A stretch of DNA of 64,000 nt, from positions 96,635-160,634 of the forward strand of contig VRVR01000002.1 in NCBI GenBank assembly GCA_009859145.1, in the 5' to 3' direction. The notes under the pieces are model-generated. The model was given only the letters and a program-made list of their open reading frames with translations. It searched no databases and was not told the origin of the DNA. Origin of the DNA: Andalucia godoyi And28 (lineage: Eukaryota; Protista; Jakobida). Made by a program: the position numbers and the translations under genes. Shown here piece after piece: positions 55,501 to 64,000 of this stretch (positions are counted from its first letter, which is position 1; each line of letters begins with the position of its first letter).

Positions 55501-56488
55501 TGGCAAGTCTGCCGGAATGTTTCTTCGAGATCTGATGCAGGCTCTGAGCGGATGCAGTCCGGCGATCCCGAGAGGAACAACGACTTACCAGACAACGGCA
55601 GACAGAGATATGAGCTATCTCAAGAGCGAAAGAGCGGGTGCGGACAAAGAATTCTGGACGACAGCGCTTGCTGAAGTCGTTCCTGCAGCTTTCGGTGAGT
55701 GGCCCGTTGACACTTCACGCGATCTTGCGCAGAATCCTCTCAGTTCTGGCTGCCATCGGCTTTATGCCATTTTCGACATGAAGGCCACGGAAGCAATGCA
55801 GTCCCCGGCTCGGCAACTGAGCGTCAGCCTGCACACTCTCTGGGCTAGCATTCTTGCTCTCGAAGTCTTTTGTCGAAGCGGCAAAACGCAGCTCCTGATG
55901 GGTACTCCTGTGGACATTCGCGAGGACGGCGAAGCTGAAAACATGGGATACTGTGTGAATGAACTGCCGCTGGTCTTTAATGTCCACAGCCGGGTGACGT
56001 TCGGTGATCTTGTTGACAGCACACAGCGGAAGCTTGAAAATGCGTTGATGCATTCTAAGTACCCTTTCCGACTCATTGCTGAGGAGAAAAAGCTGGAGAT
56101 GCAGGGTGACTGCCAAGCCCAAGGCAGAATGAGGCATGACCTCTTCGACATTTCGGTGACTGAAATCCCGTCCGCGCAGAATGTGGAATCCAAAGGAATA
56201 CACTTTCGTCGAAGGACACTCGAAGAGATCCAGGGTTCTGCAAACTGGTGCAAAACCTCCACATGGATGTGCGCATACGAGAGAACCTCGTGGCCCCACG
56301 CGGAAGACATCGTTCTCATGCACGAAATCGGGAAGTTGGGCGAAATGCATGTTCAGTGGCACATGAACGACCCCTTGTACTCGAGGACGACCGCGGAATC
56401 CTGGTTCCAGTCCATCTTACCCAGTGTGCTGTGGCTGACAGAAAACACGGAAACTGTCCGCAGCAAGCTCATTTCAGAAATCTTGTAA
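52574..56488 (+). pseudogene. Disrupted multimodular non-ribosomal peptide synthetase (A1-T1-C2 fragment // A2 end-T2-C3)
   Basis: One frame carries LTYSEL, LMAGGVYVPL, FTSGSTGVPKG, [TAG 53249-51], YNSYRATE, [TGA 53741-43]RGLARGYL, LGRADD, NGKVDK and T1 FFSLGGTSL. After a frameshift near 54470 comes a C-domain start, IGQQDCYVASLLDP...FQ[TAA]A[TGA]SRLLFRHDALRT. At about 54725 the sequence jumps to KIDRDAL, then T2 FFAHGGNSL and C3 with RHETLRT and HHIIGDG. Confidence 0.88.
54788..56488 (+). CDS. Possibly still-coding stand-alone thiolation-condensation (T-C) didomain, 566 aa
   Basis: Uninterrupted frame from the ATG at 54788. The phosphopantetheine Ser (GGNS) and catalytic HHxxxDG are intact, and the C domain is complete. 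Confidence 0.4.
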   Translation: MRGGKTLPESSLEVTVSEAWKSVCGTEKVFLEDNFFAHGGNSLLAVLLTRKLTECLGVSVPVRTVFGAPVLADFVQQIASLLKKSKSDGSRSDVSAAASDFLTEGEMEYWNLEQEGRDACSHNIPVFVYVDLPDGMPFPGVDAWNRALEEVAKRHETLRTSYYQDADGNLRRSVSHEIHPCCTVTDIPDTDSASARFQELHNQDIPLGRAPLWHAGCMHISDSDKFVFWMSMHHIIGDGKSAGMFLRDLMQALSGCSPAIPRGTTTYQTTADRDMSYLKSERAGADKEFWTTALAEVVPAAFGEWPVDTSRDLAQNPLSSGCHRLYAIFDMKATEAMQSPARQLSVSLHTLWASILALEVFCRSGKTQLLMGTPVDIREDGEAENMGYCVNELPLVFNVHSRVTFGDLVDSTQRKLENALMHSKYPFRLIAEEKKLEMQGDCQAQGRMRHDLFDISVTEIPSAQNVESKGIHFRRRTLEEIQGSANWCKTSTWMCAYERTSWPHAEDIVLMHEIGKLGEMHVQWHMNDPLYSRTTAESWFQSILPSVLWLTENTETVRSKLISEIL

Positions 56489-57125
56489 ACAAGGAACGCA
56501 CCTATGGCGGAGCGCAATGCAAACGTCGCGAAGCAAAGGGATAAGTTTACCGCATACGCAGTAGTGTTTGCCTTGCCGAGCTTTTGCAGGTACCATTGCG
56601 TCTGCCCGAAAGGTACTGCGATTTCCGAGGCGAATCCCCAGAGCAGGTTGAAGCCACAGAATCGGTAAACTGTACCCCAAAGAGACAACATAGTATGGAG
56701 CTTACGTGATGGATGACGAACGACGGGGTGAAATCCGATCGGAAAACGTACGTGGATGTCTCAAACACGGTGTATCCAAACACAATACCAGAAAACTCGG
56801 TCAAACTGCGGAGTGTGTCCAAAGAAGTAGTCGTCCCACACTGCAGACTCGGTCGCGAGCAGGTACAGTACACAGCCGCTGACGAGGATGGATTCGAGGT
56901 ACGGCGTGAATTTGCAGACGAATCGAACACGCTCCTTTTCATCCAGCTGCCTTGGTGCTTGGCAAAGACTTTGGAGAAGACCATGGAGACCAGTCCTGCC
57001 ATCGCAAAGCTCAGCACTATCGTGCAGGCCGCATAGACGACAAAGCTGGTGAACCAATACCAGCACTCGGTCAGGACTTGCCATGAAGACTTTCCAACAA
57101 TGCACTCAGATGGTATCACATCCAT
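56353..57125 (-). pseudogene. TLC (TRAM/LAG1/CLN8; TLCD4/TMEM56-like) domain gene with three frameshifts and a 3' truncation
   Basis: TLC-like segments alternate between two frames: MDVIP...FSKVFAK / RQLDEKERVRFVCKF...WDDYFFGHTP / FGYTVFET...FVIHHVSSI / LSLWG...FASEIAVPF...WYLQKLG...FATFALR. Shifts lie near 56955, 56780 and 56692. Confidence 0.7.
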
Positions 57126-57319
57126 TGTCGCTCCGTCGTGATTTGCTTATCAGCACTTCTCCAAGCACGCCTTACACGGTTTGCAATACTCGATACTCTT
57201 CCCACTCTGCCTTTCCGCCCTTGTATCCTCGCGGCCTTATCACACACGCGCTTGGATTACAGCTGCGTTCGCCTCTGTGATGAACTACGCGATGGATTCT
57301 GAATTGTGGAGGTGTTTTA

Positions 57320-58059
57320 TTACTCCTTCTTTTCGCGCTTCATCTGGATATCGTAGTTGTACAATCTTGCCATGGAGACTTCCATTGTGGTGATGCAGTC
57401 TTTGAGGAATGCCAAGTCCTCGTCGACTTCCTTGAGAGCCTCCTCCATGCGATGGCTGTTCTTCTGCAGCATCTCGAGTGCCTCGTCATGCGAAAATTCC
57501 ACAGCAGTATTCGCTCCCAGCCACACAACGACGGTGTCGGCCTTGTGCAGCTCGGCCTCCGTGTGAATCTGCGCAGAAACATTGAACTGCGTGCGGACCG
57601 CTTCGTTCTTTCCATGTTTTTCCTTGAGAAAACGGATCATTTCGACGGTCTTTTCAACATCAGGAAGCTTCTTCTTGTACTGAGCCTTGGACTGCAGCTT
57701 CTGCGACTCCATCATCCGGTACTTTGAGAACAGATCTTCCACAGAACGGAACGCAGCTTCAAACGAGCCGGCCTTTCGCACAAACGCCTCAACATCCTCC
57801 TATACATCCACATCCATTTCCCAACAAAACCAATGTGTACATACATATACATGATAGAAAATCATTAGAAAATAAATATTAAAAAAACAAAAAAAAACCC
57901 ACCAAATGCACCAAGTTGAACAAATGATTGTATATGAAGATCATGAAAGAGCAAACATACAATGAACTCGGCGCGAGGAATCCCTCTTCCGTTCTTGTAG
58001 TCCGCAGGAAACCCTTCGAGATAAAGAGCAGAAATCGCACTGGATATTTCCGTCGACAT
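57320..58059 (-). CDS. VBP1: Prefoldin subunit 3, 2 exons
   Basis: Exon 1 58059-57961 (...NGRGIPRAEFI), intron GTATGT...TAG, exon 2 57799-57320 (EDVEAF...VVWLGANTAVEFSHDEA...ITTMEVSMARLYNYD); 192 aa. Confidence 0.92.
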
Positions 58060-58661
58060 TTTCCTCCCAGTATGAAACACTCTCCCCCCCAAAAAAAAAC
58101 ACTGAACACCCCTCTCTACCTCAACAGAAAAAGGACAAGAGAGTTGATGAACGAAATCAAGGCGCACAACAATAACAAGACATACCCAAAAAAAACAACC
58201 TGAAAGAAAATATTAAAACTCCAAAGGCACAGCAAACAAAAGCAAAGGAACAGACATTGGGCGGGCCTGTAAAGGCACGAGATTTGCAAGGGAAAATGTG
58301 TGGTCTCAAGCCTCAATTTGGATTGGATTAGGCGGGAACCTTTTGGGGCGGGGCAAGTTCGTGTCTCCTGACTTGGAGTTCACTGTCTGCCAGACTTCAC
58401 CACGCTTTTTTCCCTTCCTTTCTTTCCTCTTCTGCTGTCGAAAGAAATGCGTTGCGAATAGAGGAGTTACTTGTTGCACACACAACTCGTAGAGTACATG
58501 CGGGTAAGAATGTTTTGCTGTTAATCTTTGGCGTTGTTTGAATCTCATTTTTCTCTTGTGTTATACATTTTGCTTTTTTACTTTTATTTTTAATTTCAAT
58601 TTTAATTTTTGTTTTTGTGTTGGTTTGTTTTTCATTTGCATAAAGCGCCGTATAGGAAAGA

Positions 58662-59489
58662 ATGACGAACCATCTTCCTCCTGGACATGCTGGTCCACCG
58701 GATGCCACAAGGAACGAGCCGCCTCCATCTGCTGCACACTCCGAGCACTCCGAGCACTCCGAGCACACGGCCTCTAGACCTTCCGCACGGCCATCTGCCG
58801 CCTCCGCAACAGCACCAAGCTCTGGGCATCAGGAGAGTCACCGGTTTGCCGAGTACTTTCGAGAACTTTCGACGCGCTGGAAAAAGCATGCAGATGAACT
58901 GGTGGAACAGTCTGCAGCGACCCGTCGGTCGCTCAAGAAGCTTCGGCGGTCGGTGGTTGTTGCAACTGTGATTCCTCTGGTGGGTGGCGTACTTGTGTAT
59001 ATGAACTGGCCGTATTTGCGACACCGGTTTGCGCTGGAAACGAGATCTATTACCCAGCAGACGATCCAGGATGAGGATGTGCAGGACAACTTGCGGCAGA
59101 CTGTCATCAAGGTACTCAGAGACCCAAAGGTCAAGGAAGCTGCAGGAGAGCTGATGAAGGAAAAGGCACTCGTCATCATCAAAAGCAGCGATTTTCAAAC
59201 CAAGTCGCAGGAAGTGCTCAAAAAGGTCGTCCTGCGAGTGCTCAATGATCCTGAAGTCCTCGGAAAAATCAGAGAACGGTCCGTCGATGCTGTGCAGTCT
59301 GTGGAGACAAAACGAGCAATTGAAAAGGTGTTGCTGGACCCGGATTTGCATGCGGACGCTGGGATCTTTTTGCAAAACACGCTCAAGAATGCAATTTGGA
59401 GACCTGCAGCAAAGAAGCAGACCGATGAAGCAGTACAAGTGTCCGTGGTGGGCGGCAACCCCTCTTCTTCAGTTCCAAACAACACCTGA
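58662..59489 (+). CDS. Orphan single-pass membrane protein with helical L-x-D-P-x-V repeats
   Basis: 275 aa. TM helix VVVATVIPLVGGVLVYMNW, repeated VLRDPKV / VLNDPEV / VLLDPDL, and an N-terminal 9-bp repeat encoding HSEHSEHSEH. Confidence 0.7.
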   Translation: MTNHLPPGHAGPPDATRNEPPPSAAHSEHSEHSEHTASRPSARPSAASATAPSSGHQESHRFAEYFRELSTRWKKHADELVEQSAATRRSLKKLRRSVVVATVIPLVGGVLVYMNWPYLRHRFALETRSITQQTIQDEDVQDNLRQTVIKVLRDPKVKEAAGELMKEKALVIIKSSDFQTKSQEVLKKVVLRVLNDPEVLGKIRERSVDAVQSVETKRAIEKVLLDPDLHADAGIFLQNTLKNAIWRPAAKKQTDEAVQVSVVGGNPSSSVPNNT

Positions 59490-59688
59490 AGAATCCTGCA
59501 CGAGATGGAGGTGAACGAGTGAAGAGGTGCGTTGTCATCAACCAACTGCAAACCATTTATTGCTAATTTGTATTTAATTATTAAATAATAAAAATATAAT
59601 ATAAAAAAAAGAGGAAAAAGAGCTTTGCTTAAATGTAACACGTCCCTCCTCGAAGCCAACGTGAAAAGATTCTGAATATTCATCTTTC

Positions 59689-60648
59689 TCAAAGGGCGTC
59701 AGACTCGTAGTCATGCTCGTGTTGTTCACTGTGCAGCGTCCCGAACGAGATGGTCTGCTGGGCCAGCGACTTGTTAATGATGAAGATCATGGCCGCAGTC
59801 AACACGACCATCAGGGACATGACAGTGACAGCCAGCGCTGTGCAGTACCCGAACTGCCACATGCCAGCCATATCCAGATCGATTTGGAAGTAGAGGACGT
59901 TTCCAGAACCTGGGGGGATATCTGACGCAAACGACAGCACGTTGTCCATGTTTCCTGCAGGACATGCAAACCACAGCCAAATAAGATGAACCATGATGAG
60001 CAGGAGCATGATTCCAATCGGAACGAGCAGAAATGAGAAAATCTTAATCTTTGATGTCATGAGAAACCTGCTAGCCTTGATCGACACAACGGCCGTCACA
60101 ATCCACGCATACACCAACACAAACACATTCACCAAGTGTATTCCAAACCCGCCTCGAAGCCCCTGTCGCAACCGAACAAGTGAGCTGTGCAGTGCATCGA
60201 ATCCGGGACCCTTCTTCCCACCCATCGCAATGAACTGATTCACCGACTCATCAAACGAATCGACAATCTCATTCGTCGACTCCGTTTCATCACACCCATC
60301 GGTCGGAAACGGACACGAAACATTCATTGTCTCATCTTCATCCTGCGACACATATCGGCGGCCGTTCGAATTGCACGGATACTTGTCATACTTCCATGCT
60401 CCATAATACTGCCGGAACAAATCCGGTGAACCTTCACTGCACAGCTCCTTCGTTGCCTTGCCTATTTTGAGAGCATAGTGTGAACTATCTTGTGAGACCG
60501 TCGACTGAATTTCAGACGGTAGCGAATACACCCATCCAGGAGCAGCTGCACACACGAGCGAAAGCACAATCGCACTCACCTGACACGCTACAACTCCAAT
60601 CCACACTATTCGAACGACCGATCCACAACACCATCCGCACAGCGCCAT
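59689..60648 (-). CDS. Claudin/PMP22-like tetraspan membrane protein (319 aa)
   Basis: ATG at 60648 (MALCGW). Four hydrophobic helices; the first extracellular loop has W...YYGAWKY...C...C, resembling the claudin signature. Confidence 0.6.
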   Translation of the reverse strand: MALCGWCCGSVVRIVWIGVVACQVSAIVLSLVCAAAPGWVYSLPSEIQSTVSQDSSHYALKIGKATKELCSEGSPDLFRQYYGAWKYDKYPCNSNGRRYVSQDEDETMNVSCPFPTDGCDETESTNEIVDSFDESVNQFIAMGGKKGPGFDALHSSLVRLRQGLRGGFGIHLVNVFVLVYAWIVTAVVSIKASRFLMTSKIKIFSFLLVPIGIMLLLIMVHLIWLWFACPAGNMDNVLSFASDIPPGSGNVLYFQIDLDMAGMWQFGYCTALAVTVMSLMVVLTAAMIFIINKSLAQQTISFGTLHSEQHEHDYESDAL

Positions 60649-60656
60649 TTTGATCT

Positions 60657-60882
<226 letters not shown>

Positions 60883-61178
60883 TTTGTCTTTTCCCCAAGT
60901 CGTCCGATCCCAGTCCCCGTTAGTTTCGATGCAACTTTCCTTTTCTCTTCTTCTTGTTTCTGTTTTTGTTGATGCCTCTAGATTTCTGCTGATTAGCGCT
61001 GATACCTCTATTGCTATGTGTTGCAGATGCAATGCATATGATGACTTGTGCGGAATTTCCAATGCAAGACAACAACCAGCAAGAACTGCGCGAGTATTGA
61101 TTGGAAAAGCAAAAAGGCCGCATGGAGCCAGCTTTCCTGCCGTAGTCACAGACGACGGTTAATTCAGATGGCACATAT

Positions 61179-61181
<3 letters not shown>

Positions 61182-61212
<31 letters not shown>
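61182..61212. repeat. (CA)n microsatellite
   Basis: Read directly; upstream of ARL6. Confidence 0.95.
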
Positions 61213-61215
<3 letters not shown>

Positions 61216-61389
61216 TACACATACACATATATTTATTTATTGGTTTTGAACATCAAATTTCCCGTCCTTGTTTTTCCTTTTTGTATTGTTGGTTTTGTTT
61301 TGTTTTTGACCTGGAGAAGAGGACATACGGAAGCAGAAGAGCACGCGAAAGGAAAAGAGATCATTTTTACTTATTTAAGGTGTTTTAGA

Positions 61390-61908
61390 ATGGGCGCAAA
61401 GTTTTCGAAAAAGAAGGCGCAGATTGTGTTTTGCGGACTTGATAATTCGGGAAAGTCGACGATCATCAATTATCTAAAGCCAAGAAAGACGCAGTCGTTG
61501 GATATTGTCCCAACAGTTGGCTTTTCCGTTGAGCAATTTACAAAGAACAATGTTTCGTTTACTGTATTCGACATGAGTGGTCAAGGCCGATATCGCAATT
61601 TGTGGGAACACTATTTCAAGGATTCCAATGCAATCATCTTTGTGATTGACACAAGTGACAAGATTCGAATGGTGGTGGTCAAAGAAGAGCTGTCGATGGT
61701 ACTTCAACACCCCGATACAAGAGGCCTTCCCATCTTGTTTTTTGCAAACAAGATGGATCTGCAAACCGCGCTGTCGCCGATGGAGGTTGTCCAGCTGCTG
61801 GAACTCGATCGCATCACAGACAGAACTTGGCACATTGTTCCGTCCAATGCAGTCACTGGAGAGGGCGTCGAAGACGGAATGACATGGCTTACTGCAAAAC
61901 TGAGCTGA
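61390..61908 (+). CDS. ARL6: Arf-like GTPase ARL6 (BBS3)
   Basis: 172 aa starting MG. Motifs [21 protein letters not shown]6-typical [26 protein letters not shown] and [13 protein letters not shown]. Confidence 0.92.
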   Translation: MGAKFSKKKAQIVFCGLDNSGKSTIINYLKPRKTQSLDIVPTVGFSVEQFTKNNVSFTVFDMSGQGRYRNLWEHYFKDSNAIIFVIDTSDKIRMVVVKEELSMVLQHPDTRGLPILFFANKMDLQTALSPMEVVQLLELDRITDRTWHIVPSNAVTGEGVEDGMTWLTAKLS

Positions 61909-62313
61909 GCAAGATAGACCGAACGACAGCACGACTTCCTCTTCCACTCCACTGAGATATTCCACCCTGCATTGTAAATATGTGACGTCATTCCTTCGGG
62001 ATGTTCTTAGCTTCAGAGAGGATAAACTGAGATAATTTACGAGTCAATCTTCATCTTTTCCCCCCTCACACTTCTCATTCAGATATAGATATACAGGGCA
62101 CGTCAATTTTCTACGGACACTCTTGATTAAAATTAAAATTGAAAAGAAAAGAAAAACACAAAAAGCCAAAAGCGGGGACCGAACCTGCCAGATGGCACTC
62201 ATCGCAGAAAGACGACATGACAGTGAACCTTCCGGAAACAGTTCGTGGATGCGGAGGGTAGGAATGCTGGACCTGCTGTGCATCCACAGCTGTCTGTATA
62301 CGGGAATGCAATA

Positions 62314-63798
62314 CTACCCAAAGGATGCCTGTGATTCATAACCCGAACTTGACCGCGAGTCAAGAACGGAATAGATGGTTGGGGCCACAGCCATCCGCTC
62401 AAGAATGGGAAGCATGTGCTGCAATTCCCTGTCATCGGGATCATCAAACCAAGAAAGAATCGGGATGCCATTATTCGGCGTCAAACAGTAGGAGGCAGCA
62501 AAGTTGTCAATGATCACCGTGGAGTCCAGCGGTCGACCCATTTTGCTGACATCCTTGACATATCCTCCACGATAAAACACACACGCTTCTCGGAAAAGCC
62601 GCGCACGCACAACGCCGTACTTGTCCAGCAGATCCAACACGGGATTGGCGTACGACGAAAGCGATGCTGTAAAAACAATCACCTCGAAGAGTTCCCCGCA
62701 GCGCTTCAAAAAGGCATCGACCGCCGGTCGCTTCAGGACGTACGCCTGATGCACATGGGTGTCAATCTTAACAGGAACGATGAAATCAGGATTTTGAACA
62801 GGCTTGAAGGACGAGTGCACAAGAGTCTCGTCGAGATCCAAAATGAGGGTCTTTCTGCCCTTTTCGGCCGGATGTTGTGTGGGAAGCAGCCCGCCTGGTG
62901 GGACAAGATAGTAGAACCCATCTTGGCCGTCTGAACAAAGCCGTGCTCCTTGTCCTTCAAATGGCGCAAGTTCGGTATCCGAGATTCCAGGAGTTGGCTC
63001 ATCACGTTCTGTCGCTGATCCTGCATCTTGGTCGGCAAGCGAATTCGTATCATCGAACGACTCTTTTCTTCGCTTTCTGTCTTGCAACTTTGTCTTCTTC
63101 TTGGGGGCACAACCGAAGCACGAAATAAGCTTCTCGAGCATCTTCATTGGTCCGCTCTTCTTGGAATCTGCACCTTTTTGACTCGATGGCGACGACGAGT
63201 ATCCCGCAGAATCCGCCGACGACGACGATGATGACGACGACGAGGACGTGTGGGAAGCATCATGCAAATCCGAGTCTGTGTCGGAATACTGAAGTTCCAC
63301 GTCGTCAGCGTCTGAAGAATCCTCCAGCTTCCGAGAACTTCTTCTGTTCTGCAGCGTACCCGCGGAGTTTGCACCAGCTGTCGTCCCGATCCCGGGATTA
63401 CCATTACTGGCATTTGCATGTTGTCCATTTGCAACCCCAGCCGACCCATTCAGCGCCGCATTCTGGCTATTCCCGTTTGCCGTAATTGAGGCTGTCGGAG
63501 TTCCAGGTTTTTGAACTTGATAAATCACAGCATTCGCATCTGGCTGCCCTCCAACAGCCTGTGCATTGCTGCTACTGCTGTTGCCGCTATTAGTCGATCC
63601 ATTTGGACCCGCAAGTCGTTTCCGCGAATCCGAGTGGTTCAATCTCGCTTTCGGAGCGATGTAGGAAGACGGAGAATCCATCATGGAAGTTGGCCGCCGG
63701 ACATAGATCGGAATCCAGCCTCGAACGTCATCGCGAACACACCCAACTTGAGGACCTCGGGGATCCCGGGGGTTCACAACATGTGTTCGAAGCATCAT
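62314..63798 (-). CDS. CTD small phosphatase / NIF-family HAD phosphatase (Psr1/CTDSP-like)
   Basis: Catalytic DLDETLVHSS, VLKRPAVDAFL, FTASLSSYA, FREAC and IIDN motifs. Long low-complexity N-terminus with a Cys motif (LISCFGC). The exact start is uncertain. Confidence 0.9.
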   Translation of the reverse strand: MMLRTHVVNPRDPRGPQVGCVRDDVRGWIPIYVRRPTSMMDSPSSYIAPKARLNHSDSRKRLAGPNGSTNSGNSSSSNAQAVGGQPDANAVIYQVQKPGTPTASITANGNSQNAALNGSAGVANGQHANASNGNPGIGTTAGANSAGTLQNRRSSRKLEDSSDADDVELQYSDTDSDLHDASHTSSSSSSSSSSADSAGYSSSPSSQKGADSKKSGPMKMLEKLISCFGCAPKKKTKLQDRKRRKESFDDTNSLADQDAGSATERDEPTPGISDTELAPFEGQGARLCSDGQDGFYYLVPPGGLLPTQHPAEKGRKTLILDLDETLVHSSFKPVQNPDFIVPVKIDTHVHQAYVLKRPAVDAFLKRCGELFEVIVFTASLSSYANPVLDLLDKYGVVRARLFREACVFYRGGYVKDVSKMGRPLDSTVIIDNFAASYCLTPNNGIPILSWFDDPDDRELQHMLPILERMAVAPTIYSVLDSRSSSGYESQASFG

Positions 63799-63953
63799 GG
63801 AATTCGAAAATCTGTAATATCACTGGAGCGAGCAACGGAAAGATAGAAAAAACAAGCAAGCAACGAAGCACCTTCGGGAAGCTTAGAAAATGTGAAACAA
63901 TGTAAACTTAAAAATAATGGTCGAGAAATGGTATTCCAAGCAAGAGTGCGAAT

Positions 63954-63954
<1 letters not shown>

Positions 63955-63994
<40 letters not shown>
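63955..63994. repeat. (CA)n microsatellite
   Basis: Read directly; upstream of the phosphatase gene. Confidence 0.95.
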
Positions 63995-63998
<4 letters not shown>

Positions 63999-64000
63999 AA

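Noticed and set aside
52574-56488. Housekeeping NRPS-like enzyme (alpha-aminoadipate reductase, Ebony)
   Set aside because: Two carrier and two condensation domains are present and no reductase domain is visible.

Overview
Gene-dense, intron-poor eukaryotic nuclear DNA read with the standard code. It comes from a flagellated, probably aerobic protist: ciliary genes (CFAP47, ARL13B, ARL6) sit alongside mitochondrial and peroxisomal genes. A jakobid/Discoba-type genome is my unverified guess. About 27 intact protein genes are supported: NDUFAF1/CIA30, an HNH protein, an NTF2-like protein, a TBC Rab-GAP, a MYND/coiled-coil protein, a PH+AGC (Akt-like) kinase, TAF11, a PPPDE/DeSI peptidase, DGAT1, Hop1/HORMAD, an Ariadne RBR ligase, mitoferrin, DEG15/TYSND1, SLBP, HINT, ZNHIT6/BCD1, CFAP47, ARL13B, prefoldin 3, a claudin-like protein, ARL6, a CTD small phosphatase and several orphans. 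Fourteen introns were placed by restoring protein motifs across the joins, and nearly all have GTATG donors. The most unusual region is about 52.5-57.1 kb. It holds an intronless multimodular non-ribosomal peptide synthetase (A-T-C // A-end-T-C) broken by in-frame stops, a frameshift and a large internal deletion, yet with an intact 566-aa T-C ORF. This is joined tail-to-tail to a TLC-domain gene carrying three frameshifts. Other highlights are a two-copy dispersed element encoding a 25-aa MAPKR micro-ORF, a p22phox-like membrane protein with an N-terminal proline-rich arm, and a meiosis-specific Hop1. No rRNA, tRNA or CRISPR array was found. All family calls come from motif recognition by eye; no database search was run.
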